Shown here in pieces: positions 11,201 to 24,585 of a stretch of 64,000 nt of DNA. This DNA is from Catajapyx aquilonaris. Its lineage: Eukaryota. A model generated the notes under the pieces. That model was not told where the DNA came from, ran no database searches, and saw only the letters and a program-made list of their open reading frames with translations. Where the stretch lies: contig KZ538340.1 of assembly GCA_000934665.2 (NCBI GenBank), forward strand, positions 1 to 64,000, given 5' to 3'. The first letter of the stretch is position 1. Each line of letters starts with the position of its first letter. The position numbers were made by a program, and so were the translations under genes.

Positions 11201-14200
11201 AGATCACTTCTATGAGGGTTGAGTGTGACTGTACCATTATGTACAGTACCCTATGACTACTTCCTCACAGCAGTTCCCTCGTAGTTTATCACCAAAGGAA
11301 TTTTCCTCAGTTATGTTGTGAATGGTTGCCCAGGAAGGAAAAACACTGCCTACACAAATTCTACTTATTTAACTGATGGATATCAGTTAAAATAAGCAGA
11401 ATTTGTGTAAGCAAAATGGATTAGGCTATTTGTAAGTAATATCTTGTGAGGGCAAAAAAATGTTGTTAAATAACAGCTGACTGTTATTTCCGATGTTTTA
11501 CTGTCAGTAAATATGTTGGCGTACAGGCTAGCAGCACAACTGTCCTTAGTAAATTGATGTTGGGCATTGTGAAGTGGTTACTGCTGAGGATCATGAATAT
11601 TCTTCATAGGTCTACTCAAAATTTCAGGTTCAAAAACAAGACTAAAGGTCTGTATCCGTAAAAGGTTCCTCTTTCTGGATCAGTTTTGTTGGCAGTGCAC
11701 CGTAAGTTTTATGGAATTGAACGGTATCAAAAGCAAATGTGAAACTCAGTTTTTTCACATCTCTTTATAAGTTGTCAAAATCAGAATTTGATATTCATAA
11801 ATTTCATCTTTTCCCACATTCAAATTGCCTCAGAATGAAATTGGAAGCCTGGTCCAATTTTTTTTACTGAGTGCTTAGTACTGACATGCTAGCAGCCAAC
11901 CAGAATCAGTTAGTCTCAGCCTCACTAGCATAGTGCAGCAAAAGGGAATGTTACTGTGCAGTTTCCATTTATGCCATGGATTGCATCACCTGTACCAGCC
12001 AAGAGCAGAGAACACACAGTTTCAGATGCGGCCTATGTGTGATCAGATGAAAACCTCCCAAAATACAGGGTGATCGAAAAAGAATGCGTGGATTTCAAAC
12101 CTCTATAACTCGAAAACTTGTAGACATATCTTAATGATTTAAGTTTTGAAATACTAAGAAAGGTCTAAAGTTTTGGTCTCAGCTTAGTTTGTTTAAAAAT
12201 ATGAGCTTTATTTGTTGCTCAGCAGATTTTAAAAGGCAGTATTCGGTCTCGTGCCAAACCTGTTCAATCATATCTGGAGTTATTGTTGCAATTCTACCCC
12301 ATAGGTGCTCGATATGACAGGTCTGTACACCACACACACAGTTCTTGACGACGCACATAAAAAGTCGCCTCATACATGAAACAAACCCGCAGTAGGAAAG
12401 TTTCATTTGTTCAGCATCCCAGTGTGCGAAGTCATGAATGAGACATTTCCCAATTCCTCCCCAGAAGCCCAGATCTTACCCCAATTGACTTTTTTGTGGA
12501 GATACATGTATGGTGTAAAGATTCGGCATCTCCAGCACCTACGGGAAAAGATTGCGAAGGTAATGCTAGACATGTCTGAGCGGGTTAAGCATGACACGGA
12601 TTATCGTCTTTACATTTTTCGAGCTAGAGCATGTTTTAATTCACGTCAGGATATGTGTGAGTTGTTCTCCTATCTTCACTTCGTAATTTTTTATCCTAAA
12701 AAGAATGCGGAAAGGTGTCATTTTTTTGACCGCTAGTTCCCGACATATTTAACTGATAGACAAAAACATCCCTGTGAAGACTGAATAGTACTAATCTTTC
12801 TCGTCTAATCATATATTTGAAACTTAAAAATCATCATTTGTGTAATCATAGTTAAGTATATTGCGCGTCTCTATCTCGGCCATTTCTTATGAATCATAAA
12901 TACTTCAAAATTGTGCCGATAGCAAGCCAGAAATGTGTGATGTAATTAAACAGTGGTCTATTACACTAAATATTTAAAATGTACTGCTTTAGAAAGTTTA
13001 ATACACAAGTACTCAGGCTTCTTTTCGGTGGGAACATAGTATTGATGAATCGGAAGAAGTGGAGGAGATAGCAGAGGCGTGCAATATACGTAACTATGAG
13101 CCGTATTCAGAGTCAACAACAAGAGTTTAGTGCTGCTTTAAACAACGTGACCCAGTTCACTAAGGAAAGTCGTAAGCAGAGTCGCGCTTTAGGCCTAGCG
13201 CAGGCCTAGTACGGACTTAGTGCGATCCTGGTAAAGCAGTGCACTAAGGCAAAACTTAGTGAAGCGGGACCCTTTCTTTTGCGCTGCACTAACATCTCAC
13301 CAACCTCGGAGAGGCAATGGCGGCTGGATTCAGCTCCACTAATCCAGCTGTATGTGAGGCAGTGCAGTCCTGGCATACATATTTACGGAGCAGGACAAAT
13401 ATGTGTATCCTGATTTGGGCAGTGGCTATCTTCATGGAGCTTCACAAAGTAAAATAAATTACTTTAAAAAATATGTGGTCGGTGCGCCATCAGCTGAGAG
13501 GCGCGATTTTTAAAATGGGTGTTCGAAATGGAATCCGGTATGTGGCCAACACCCCTACCACGTCTTCGGATTTATCGTCCCCGCCTGGATCTGTATTCTT
13601 TGCCTTCTTCACCCCCTTTCTGGCCATTATCTCAGGCGATTTACTTGTCTGCAACGTGCACCAACGTTACTTCTACTACTGGATCAGAATATAAGCCTTA
13701 AGTGCACACGTGTCTGCTACCCATGATGCTGCTACCGAAAACCAAGCAAAATACCAAAGTACCGAACCCTAGTCCGTGTTCCGAACGCAAATATATTATT
13801 TTACATTGCAATCCTAGATCCCAGGTTGTATCATCCCAGATCCAGTTCCAAACAGAGGCGGGCGACAATCTTCATTTGTTTCCCCAGCTCCGAATTTTTT
13901 CTGTAAACCCATCATTATTAATTGTTTAAACATCTAAAATGTGTTTTCAGGGATCTAAAATGTGTTTTCAGGCCTATAAAATGTATTAAAATCGAAAAAG
14001 TCGTGTATCAATATTTAAAAGCCCATTTATCACACAGACGGTGTCCGAAAACCAGAGTGTGAAATCGTGGCAACACCACGACTCGCTGGTGAACTTCTTT
14101 AACGTAGTGCACGCCACTAAGCAGGCAATGAGGCAACTGTGAATGAGAGCAACCAGTGTGTCGCTAGTGAGGACCTAGTGTTGCACTAGTTAGTGAGGAC

Positions 14201-17200
14201 TTTTGCGCTGCATTAGCCAAAGACTCTGAATACGGCCGTATGATTACACAAATGATAATTTCTAAGTTTCACATATACGATTAGATAGAGAAAGATTCGT
14301 TCTATTCAGTCTTCAAAGGAATGTTTTTGGCCTCCCGTAAGTACCAGTTAAATACGTTGACAACTAGCGGTCAAAAAAATGACACCTTTCCGCATTCTGT
14401 TTAGGATAAAAAAAAATCAGACAGAAGATAGGAGAACTCGTACATATCCTGATGTGGATTAAAATAAGCTCTCGAATGATATATGACATGAACTTTTCGG
14501 ATCATCAGCCTAGAAGTTGTTTAGAGTCAAACACAGGGTTAAATAGATAGTATTCAGGTGGTGCATTGAAATTAAATGATTAATCATTGCACATAAATTG
14601 CAAAAAAAAAAAAAAAAAAAAAAAAAACGTTGAACCAAAACTCACGACCCCCAAAGACCCTGCCCATGACCCCCGGGGGGTTGCAACCCCCAGGTTGGAA
14701 ACCATGGCAATATATGTTACTATACATACCACTCTCTAGGTGGTGTTGGCACAGACACTCCATCAGGTATCAGATGAAGGTCAATCTTGAGGCTGGCATT
14801 TGACCCACGTCTCTCCAATAAACCCTTGGCCCTCATATGGATGGGCTCTGGGGTGCCCATCCTCGCTAAGACTGTCGTTTCTCCTGTGTCTGCAGCTGTT
14901 TCTTCTGCGGCCACAATAGATTCGCTTTGATTCACCTGGGAAAACAAGTTATGGTAAGTCAAGCACAAGTGGATGAAGGCATTTGCATGGGACGTCACTT
15001 TGCATTGGATAGAGGGGAATTACCTAACATCCCATCCTGAAAGGCAATGACACATACAATAATGGATACTTACTTGTAAAGAGTTAACAAATGTATACAG
15101 GGAGGAACAACTTCTGTTCTAATTTTTCTTGTTGATAAATGACATTACCATAGCAGGGGTCGAATTTTTAACATTTCTGTCCAGATGCAAATCGCTTACC
15201 TGGCGTCCTTAATTTTTAATTACTGGGTATAGCCATGTTTAAAACCAGAACCAATTGGAGTGTAAACTTTGCACTCCAAGGCTCAGTTTGGAGTGTAGAT
15301 GACAATTTTGGAGTGCAATTTGCACCTTTGCATCCGAATATTTTGACCCCCTGCCATAGTTACCAAAGTTGTTATTGTTGCTTCCTTAGAGCCACTTGCA
15401 TGATCGATGGTAAACTCTGAACAAGTGGTTGATGTTATTCATATAGGAATAATTACTTGCTTGGGGATTACCATCAATCATGCCACAGTCCCTATGCAAC
15501 GTCAAGAACAGGGATGTTCATGAAAATTTTAAATGGCATGAGAGGGGTAGAAATATTTGGATGCAAAGGTGCAGTTTGCACTCCAAAGTGAGCCATGGAC
15601 CCCAGTAATTAAAAATTAAGCACTCTGAGTAAGCAATATGCATTCCAGATGAAATTCTGGAGTGCAAACTTTGCAAGTAAACATCAAATTTAAGATTCGA
15701 CCCCTGGCATGATGTCATAGGCCAAAGGTCTCATTAATTGTAAACAAACACTTACTGCATGAATTTAACCCTTTGTCTCCTGCTTGATAATGCACTCTTG
15801 GGTGAGGGTTTAAAAAGAGCGCCTTAGGTGAGAATCACTGCATCTGGCACCATTGGTTTCGTTCTCGATTCATTCACACGATGGGGCTGAACATTGCGAG
15901 ACATACCAACCTACGTTGCATATCGAGAGGGGGCATCAACCGCCTCATATACTAAGTACAAGATGGTGACATCATCCTATTGCAACATCTATGCAGTTTT
16001 AAACTTTTTTGAAAAAAAAAGTCTCATAGAATGGCAGTCTGTCTGTCTGTGGACAGGTATCAGACAGACAGACAGAGCCGTGCTATATATAAGACTTTTT
16101 TCGAGCCCCCTCCACCCACCACCCTCTCCCCTTGACCGTCCCTTTCCCCCTGACCTCCCAGACTCCCCACCACCCCCTCCCCCAGATCACCGTTTCCCAC
16201 CTCCCAGTCCCGTGACTGATGTTGGGACAATAGCAGTAAACATGAAAAAGTCTACTCTAATCACGCTCACGTGATTTGCCAATATGGTTTTTTTTAGGCG
16301 GCTTACACCTCTCTAAAAAAATCCAAGATAATTCTATATGATTGCCCAGTCTCTCTGATGAATTATGAAAACATTAACTCTAATTAGACAGGCGGTTTCT
16401 TCGCGTCTGTCGCCCTGGCGGTGCTGGAATCTCTTGAGGAGGCTTGGGGGCAACTCTGTATGTCAAAATTTGCCGGCTCAGGTAATACCCTGTTTAAAAA
16501 TAGGAAAGTGTTTTTTCATAGGCCGCAGAAAGCTGATGTCGAGCAAGTTTAGGCCCTATCTGGCAAATATATATATATAAGAATTTATAGTTATAAAATA
16601 GCGATTTTTTTTCCCGTGACGGAAAAATGTACAAGCTACTCAGAAACCACGTTACATGGTTGGAAAATGCTATAGTTTCGCAAGCAGAATTTGTCAAAGT
16701 TGCCGTTACATATATGTAACGCCCGTCTTATAAGTGTTAAGTGTCCATTAAAATTTTTTTAAGGTGCTGTTTAAAAGAAAGTAATCTGATCCGCCAGGTG
16801 CAACAAAAGGCGACTCAGGTGTCAAGCGGGCAACGCCCAGAACTCAGAGCAGTCCGCCCGGCCAATTAGGAGTGAGGACAACTTATTACGACAGAAATGG
16901 CGGCGGGGGAGTTTGCCTACCCTTCACAGATCGTTCTGATTTTTCCCCCGGAGAAAAGTAAGTCACAGAATTTCTGGAATTTTTAAATGTTTTCAGCTGC
17001 ATGTCCACTCACCGGGAAATACGCAGCAGGGTCCTGTGTGTATTTAAATTCATGCAGTAAATGTTTGTTTTGGTTTGTTTACAATGAATGAGACCTTTGG
17101 CCGCTGACGTCGTGCCATTAAAAATATCACGAGAGTGGCATAAATACTCATGAACATAGAAACTATGAACATTTCCTAAGGCTATGGTGAAAGAAATTTC

Positions 17201-20200
17201 CATCGGGTTATACCAGTGAATTTTTAAAAATTATTTTGTTTGGCTGCATTATAATACAACCAAAATGGGGTTAACTACACATAGCTCCCTGCCGCATATT
17301 TCCCAGTAAGTGGACGTTCAGCTGAAAACCATTTTAAAAATCCCGAAATTCTGCAACTTACTTTTCGCCAGGTAAAAAATCAGAATGATCTGTCAAGGGT
17401 AGGCAAACTCCCCCGCCGCCATTTTGGCCATAAAAAGTGTCCTCACTCCTGATTGGCCGGGCCGAGTGCTCCGAGCTGGGAGGAAGTGGCCGCTTGCCAC
17501 CTGAGCCACCTTTTTTGACCTGGTGGCTCACATTACCTCCTTTTAAACCAACACTTCATGTTTTCATAATTCATCAGAGGGAGTGGGCAATCATACAGAA
17601 TTATCTTCGATTATTCCGAGAGGTGGAGGCCTTAAAAAAATGCATTGTTGTTGCAATAGGATGACGTCATCGTCTCGTGCACAGCATGTGAGGCGTTAGA
17701 TGGTTTCTCATGTGATGCAACAAAAGTTGGTACGTCTCGGACGCTTCAGCCCCATCTTGTGCAAGAATCGAGAGAGAAACCAATGGTGCCATATCCACTG
17801 ATTTTCATCTAGGGTGCTATTTTTAACACTCCCCCCCCCCCCCCNACCCAGAGAGTTCAGAATCCAGCGGGAGACAGATGGCTAAAGTGATGGGAAAACA
17901 CATTTATTGCACATTGCTACAAAAATACCCTCATATTTTGGCACATGTACAAAGCGTTTATTATGGGTTGAAGATCTTGGATCAGGAATATTATCCATTT
18001 CCACCATTATGGCTATGTTGTGGATTAGCCCATTGTTCAACAACAAAGCATATTTAACTGACATGACATTTTTGTCCTTGGATTAAAATGTGTTAAGAGA
18101 ATGGGTCTTAAGTAAGGATTCATCTATTCTTCATTAGGGTCATTCCCCAGAAACACCAAAAATTTGGTTGACACGAGTTTAAAAAGTAAAAGAAAAATTG
18201 CCTTCAAAACTTCACTTTTCACCAAAATGTCCCTTTTCCAGTGTAATGACCCATCTATGGAATGTGAACTGTTCCAGTGTGTATCCATACTGATACGAAA
18301 ATTACAGCAGTGTTGCCAATAATTATTATCGGACGACCCACGTATAAAAAGTTCCACGTATGAGACACCGGTGCCCGCAGATCTTGCACAAGTTGTGGTG
18401 GCATGTAAATATATTTGTGCCACTGGTAGGATTCCTGAGCAGGTCCATGGTAAGTTGTTGTAGAGGTAGCATACAAGGCCATGGACTATTTTTGAAAGGC
18501 TGTTGTCATTGACAACTAGGCCTACTGTGATAACAAAAACATTTGGTGTACAAGTGTCACTGATTGAATCTTAAATATTTTTGTCCAGGTGCAATGTTTG
18601 CACTCCAGGCTTTCATCTGGAGTGAAAATTAATAACTTACTTAGAGTGCTTAATTACTGAGTTTAGCCAAGTTAAAAAGCAGGACCAGCTGGCATGCACA
18701 CTTTGCACTCCAAGGTTCAGTTTGAAATGTAGATAGCAATTTGGAGTGCAAATTGCACCTTAGTATCTGAATATTTCAACACCTCAAATGTTACCATGTG
18801 CAGTTTTCTTTTACTTTGCAGATCCCACACATGCTCAAGTCGGCCACAAGTAACATGTAGTTTAGGAAGTTTGTCTATCGTTCGGAAATACCTTGCATAC
18901 TGAACAGAACCAATTTGAAGCTGCAAAAATAGTTCAGAAGTTTTTAAAAATCAGTCCAGTCTTCCTTCTTTGGTTAAGCAAAAATATCACATTTGAATAT
19001 TATTTTACCTTGAGATACTATGCTTACTTCGCCTGGTTTTATATAAATGGATACAAAATACAGTTAGATTTAGAGAACTACTGTTCATTATGCAATATCA
19101 AGGAGGAATGTACTATACACCACATGTTATACATTTGCCCTTTTTTTTCTGGCCCGAGGAGAACATTTCTCGTATCATGGCCTTCAGTCCCACTAGACAG
19201 ATTGTACTGGATTTTGGATGATATACCGGGCCAGGAAATTTACAAATTATATGTGTTCTTTAATAAAGCAAAACTATTGTTAGGAAATGCTGACATCATA
19301 TTATAGCAAGACCAATGGATAAATACTTTGTTTACACATGAGGGTTAGGAAGGATATGGTCATATATTGAATCTGTTAGCATATTAGCAGTATTAAACAC
19401 TCCATGGTATATTATGATGTTAATGTATTTGAGTTCTATAATTGTATTATTGTGTTCTGCATTATGTGTCGGGGAAAGCTCTCTTCGTCTTATGGGCTAA
19501 CCCCCAAGACGAAATAAAATTATTATAATATTATTCTATTATTATTATTATGTACTTCAGAAATCAGCAAAGAAAAGTTTGTGCTGAACCGGTCTTATTA
19601 CAATGTCAGCAAGAAGTAATTGAAAACAAAGTTACAGTCTACTTGCATCTGACGGCAGAGTAGTGTCTTGGAAACTGTCTGTGGTCAGTTTCCCTATTAA
19701 CCAGGATATTTATATTGAATCGGTATCATAGGTGCTGTTTGTAATTTTCGTCAGTTCTGTATCAAGACTGAAGGACGGTCATTTATGGTCTTTGTCCTAG
19801 AATACAATTCCATAGTGGTTCTTATACCTTACCCAGTTTGATTCTTGGATTATTTCATGGTCTCTCTTACGTTGTGGTTGTGGAACATTACATTAGAACA
19901 ATTCACCAAATATTTAACAATGAAACACCTGGCATATGACAATAACTAAAGTGGTAAAACTGGTCGTACATCTGCATCACTATATTCTAATTCTACAGAT
20001 GCTCTGATATATTCATTTCCAAAAAATCCAAAACATTGCATAATGCTTGGGATATCAACCCCGGACTGATTTTTTGCAGCAATTTACTTACTCTTGTAAG
20101 TATACAGCGTGGTCGGTAAATGGTGCACAAGCTTCATGTAGCGAGATTCATTGTGAAAAAACAGGCAGGTAAAACTGCCGAAAACTGTTCTTCCTCTGAG

Positions 20201-23200
20201 TGAGATCAAATGTAAGAAACAAGTCAATTGGTTGGGGTTGGTCTGTCTCATGGGGATGGGTGAAATTCAATAATTGTAATTAAAAATATTTGAGACTTGG
20301 CATCAGGAAGAATGAGGAGACCCCAAGTCTCGAATACTTTTAATTACAATTGAATTTCACCCATCCCCATGAGACAGACCAACCCCAACCAATTGACTTG
20401 TTTCTTACATTTGATCTCACTCAGAGGAAGAATAGTTTTCGGCAGTTTTACCTGCCTGTTTTATTTACTTCTTTTTATCATTATTATCATTTTCATTACA
20501 CCTTGCAGACTTTATGCAGAGAAATGTAAAGAGAAGGTAGGAATTTGAGAAAAAAAAAGGTCTGGAGTTGCCATCGGCAGCTGTTTGTAGATCTCCTCAA
20601 TATTCTGGGCGAAATGAATGACACCTCCCCTGAGACCTAACTGATCCCTGCCCATGTTCAAATTGAATATCTTGAGGAAGGGCCTCACACGACTGATAAG
20701 TCTCACTTCGAACTCAGAAAGTAAAAAGTTTGTGCAGAAGGGCACCACCAGAGGGCACAGCGGTTCTAATGACACTTGGCATGACCCTCTGCAACACACA
20801 GTTTTCGCTGTACCCTTGTCACAGTAACTCGAATTTATTGACCTTTGACTCCGGCCCGCAACCCCGGGAATGACCCAAGTAGCGGTTTATCGATTTAAAG
20901 TGGATGACTGGAGAGGGCTGTGTCGAAAACTTGTGACCGGAGTGGATAGAGTTTCGATGGGTTCTCTCCGTGTTCGCGTGGGTTTTCTCGGGGTTCTCCC
21001 GTTTCCTCCCACTATCAAAATCCATCACATTACAGGCAAATGATTAAAGTCGGGTTTTCAAAAGATGATCCCCTAAGAGGCCCAAGGGGCCTATCACGGG
21101 GTATCCATTATATAACTTGTGACCGGAGTTAAATAGGATGAGCCGTTCCCATTGCTATTGCTCCTATTGTTTCTATTGCTCTACGATGCCTGGTTAGGGC
21201 TCTTGAGGCCTCCAAAGTTTGGGCCAAATCATGACGTCACATCCGCCTGCGAAATTCAAACACTACCATATGGCTACTGTATGCGGTGCGTTGCCATGTT
21301 GACATCCCCCACATTTCCACCCAACAATGGAACCGTATAAACTCGCGGGGACGACGGTGTGGCAATGTCCCTGCGAGTTTATACGGTTCAATAAATTGTT
21401 GGGTGAAAATGTGGGGGATGTCAACATAGCAACGCACCGCATACAGTAGCGATATGGTAGCGTTTAAATTTCGCAGGCGGATGTGATGTCATGATTTGGC
21501 CCAAACTTTGGAGGCCTCGTGAGCCCTAACCAGGCATCATAGAGCAATAGGATCTTCACCTCCATATATTGGTTTTTCACAAGAAATTTCGCTACCTGAA
21601 GCTTGTGCGCCATTTACCGACCACCCTGTATATGTACATGTCAATGTTTATTATGATCACTACAGAGGTCTTTGAAGTACAGTGAAAATAACTGCAAATT
21701 TCTCGTAGTTAGGGAGGGTAGGTTACCTTTAAAGTTAGAACTTATGAACAAGTGAGCATTATTGAGCCATGATCAACCAGTAAAGAGTAACAATGTTGTT
21801 CGATTCATATTTTCTTTGCTCTTGTGAAGCAACTTAAAATGCAGCTCTCACACTACTAAAATGACAGCAAGAAAATTGATGACAAGAATCTTCATAAGTA
21901 ATCATTTGTTTTACTAACCTGCGGCTGAACTGTGTCATATTCATCTAAAGGTGGCTTCACAACCGGATGGAATATCCATTGTTTCAGAGCCGTTGTATCC
22001 TCCTCTGGGTTGGCACCAGTATCTGCAGACTCTCCCCGAAGCCAGTGGCGACGAAGCCAGCAGGCAAGGATAAGAAGGGCTGCCAGCAGGGTTAGCACAA
22101 GCAAGCATGCCACCATGAAGGGCAAGTGCCACTCCTCCCAGGACCGTTGGTGCAACATGCTCCAAGACTTCACCTCCTCTTTACCATTAACATCGTTGCT
22201 GCTGCGTACTGCATTACCCATGGTGGCCATGGCCGAGCGTTCCCAGTCATCGTCGTTGACGACACTCTCTGAGACATTCTCTTCGTCTCCCCTGCCTTGC
22301 CTGGTGCGCAGAATCACTCCTCCACCACCCAGATCTCGTGATGAGTGCTGCCACCTATTTTGCAAAAGTGACTGAAGCTGCGACCAGGTGTGGCGGTGGT
22401 CAATTTCACTCAGGGAATCGTGGCCTCCTTCACCATGGCCCAAAGTCAAAAGGACAGAGTCACATTCTGAAAAACATAACATTTCATAAACATGAATCTC
22501 AAGAATAAACATGAAGTGCATTTAAGCTAGGGGAGCCCTTGCTAGAGCAATCAAAAACAAGCCCCAATTGAACATGTGGCTTATGCCATGTCCAGTTGCA
22601 TTGTGGCAAGGGTGCCAGCCATTTGACAAGAACATGTCGTCTTTGTAGGTGCAGTAGGAAATGTGCCACATGACAATGGTTGGTCATCTAATGCAAAGAA
22701 GCCACCTCATGCGTCCAACATGTTTTAACTGTGCCTTCACTGCATTTACCCTTATAGTGTAAAGGTACATGTAATCTCAGTAAGTTATGGTAGTTGTGCA
22801 AAATCATCCTAAAAGTTTCCACCTTTTAAAAACACAGGATGGGCATTATCATTTTTAATCCATAGTAAGTGTTACTAATGACACCAGCTAAGTGTATCAT
22901 GTTAACAATGATAATGCCTCCTTGTACATGGGGAAGAGAAATAGCCCATTTCGCTCTCCACTTTAAGCATGGGCCAATGCAACTGACTGCAACATAAGAT
23001 AGCAAATTCATGTTACAGCCTACTCTCAGGGCCACAGCTTGCATAAGATAACTATGCTTTTGGGGACTAGTTTGAAAAGCCAAGAAGCCTTGGCAGACAT
23101 ATGGAAAGCTAGCCTGGTATGAGACATGTAGGGCATGGTCTTAGAATAGTAAGGTCTGGTAACTCCGCACCCTTTTGTGTGCTCACTAATTGATCCACCC

Positions 23201-24529
23201 CTTGTCGCTAGTGTCATACTGCATGCACTTACATGGGTGTAGCCAGTGCCTATCTAGCAGCCAATTCTGCATTTAACATCGCATCAATTCACGCATGATT
23301 CACGATCAACACATAGCTCTGAATCGATGCGGAGTGCTTCAGAATCACCCATGAGGATGTGCCATAGAGCTTTATGCAAACATTTTTTTATATGCAGCAT
23401 TGAGGCAGCAGAGCCACAACGGATCCCCCACCTGGGTGGGGGGAGCACAACTAATGAGCACAGGGGGAGCCGTGTACTTGGTATAGGAGAGTCCAGGGGC
23501 TGATCTAGGGCATACCCTTATCAAATCAGGTTAATGCTAAGTCACTTTGTTCATGAACTCATCATACAGGTGGCTACCAACCTAAGGTGATGGAGGAGTC
23601 ACTAACAACCGTGACATAATTATGATTACCTACCACTGCCAAAATCCAACAGGAAGAAGTCTAAGTTTCCCAGGGGTTCTCACCAACTAAATGTTTTCAA
23701 GTGACATCTTGGTCTAGTAGCCTAGTTTTGGGACCTTCTCAGAAGTTCACTTGCTCAGGAAATTAACGTGGCACATTACAAATTGAAATATTACGGTTAG
23801 TTGACATAGTTACTCATAGGCAAGACCAGCCCCCTTACACATCCAGCCTAGCCCTGTGTTGACAGTTGTTTAATATAAAAGTCTCCGTTATGCAGGAAAT
23901 GTGGCTCTGGCGCTCCCCGTCGGTTCAGGTTGGCCACCTTCAGAACCAACCCAAACCGTCCTTTCCTCGGAGGGTGTTTGCAGACTAGGATTCGGGTGGC
24001 TGGCAGCGGTAGATCCCTGTGGGGGGGCGCCAGCGCCAAACTTCCCGTGTGGCAGAGACTTTTATATTAAACAACTGTATCGTATGTGTGTCAGGGGGCT
24101 GGGCAAGACTGGGAACACTCCATGTTACAGATACTATTGTAGGTCCAGGTCACGATTTTAGCAACATATCAAGCTACATATTGGTAACTACTGTTCGTTT
24201 TATTCTACTCTGGACTCACGTCATCAAGCGCCCCTCTGCTCCACCCGTCTACCCTCCACGGACTGTACATGTTACCAACCTAACTTCACACACGTGGTAT
24301 CACAATGTTGTAATTAAATCATACGGCATAAATTTGCGAAATTATAATGGGAGTGTTAATCGACACTGTGTATTCTTGTCACAGACAGGAAGGAATAGCA
24401 TTGCATTATTGGTGACAGCGGTGACGACGTGCATGAGGTTAGGTTGGTAACAAGTAGTTTGTGAAAGGGTGGGCAGGTGGAGGAGAAGGGGTCTTGGTGA
24501 CGTGGGTCCAGAGTTGAATAAAACAGACA

Positions 24530-24585
<56 letters not shown>

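Larger units (their letters stand above)
20105..21628. mobile_element. Tc1/mariner-type non-autonomous element hosting nested repeats
   Basis: TA|CAGSGTGGTCGGTAAATGGYGCACAAGCTTCAKGTAGCGA TIR at both ends. Confidence 0.85.

Noticed and set aside
21932..22375. 147-aa plus-strand ORF
   Set aside because: Antisense shadow of PTP exon 2.
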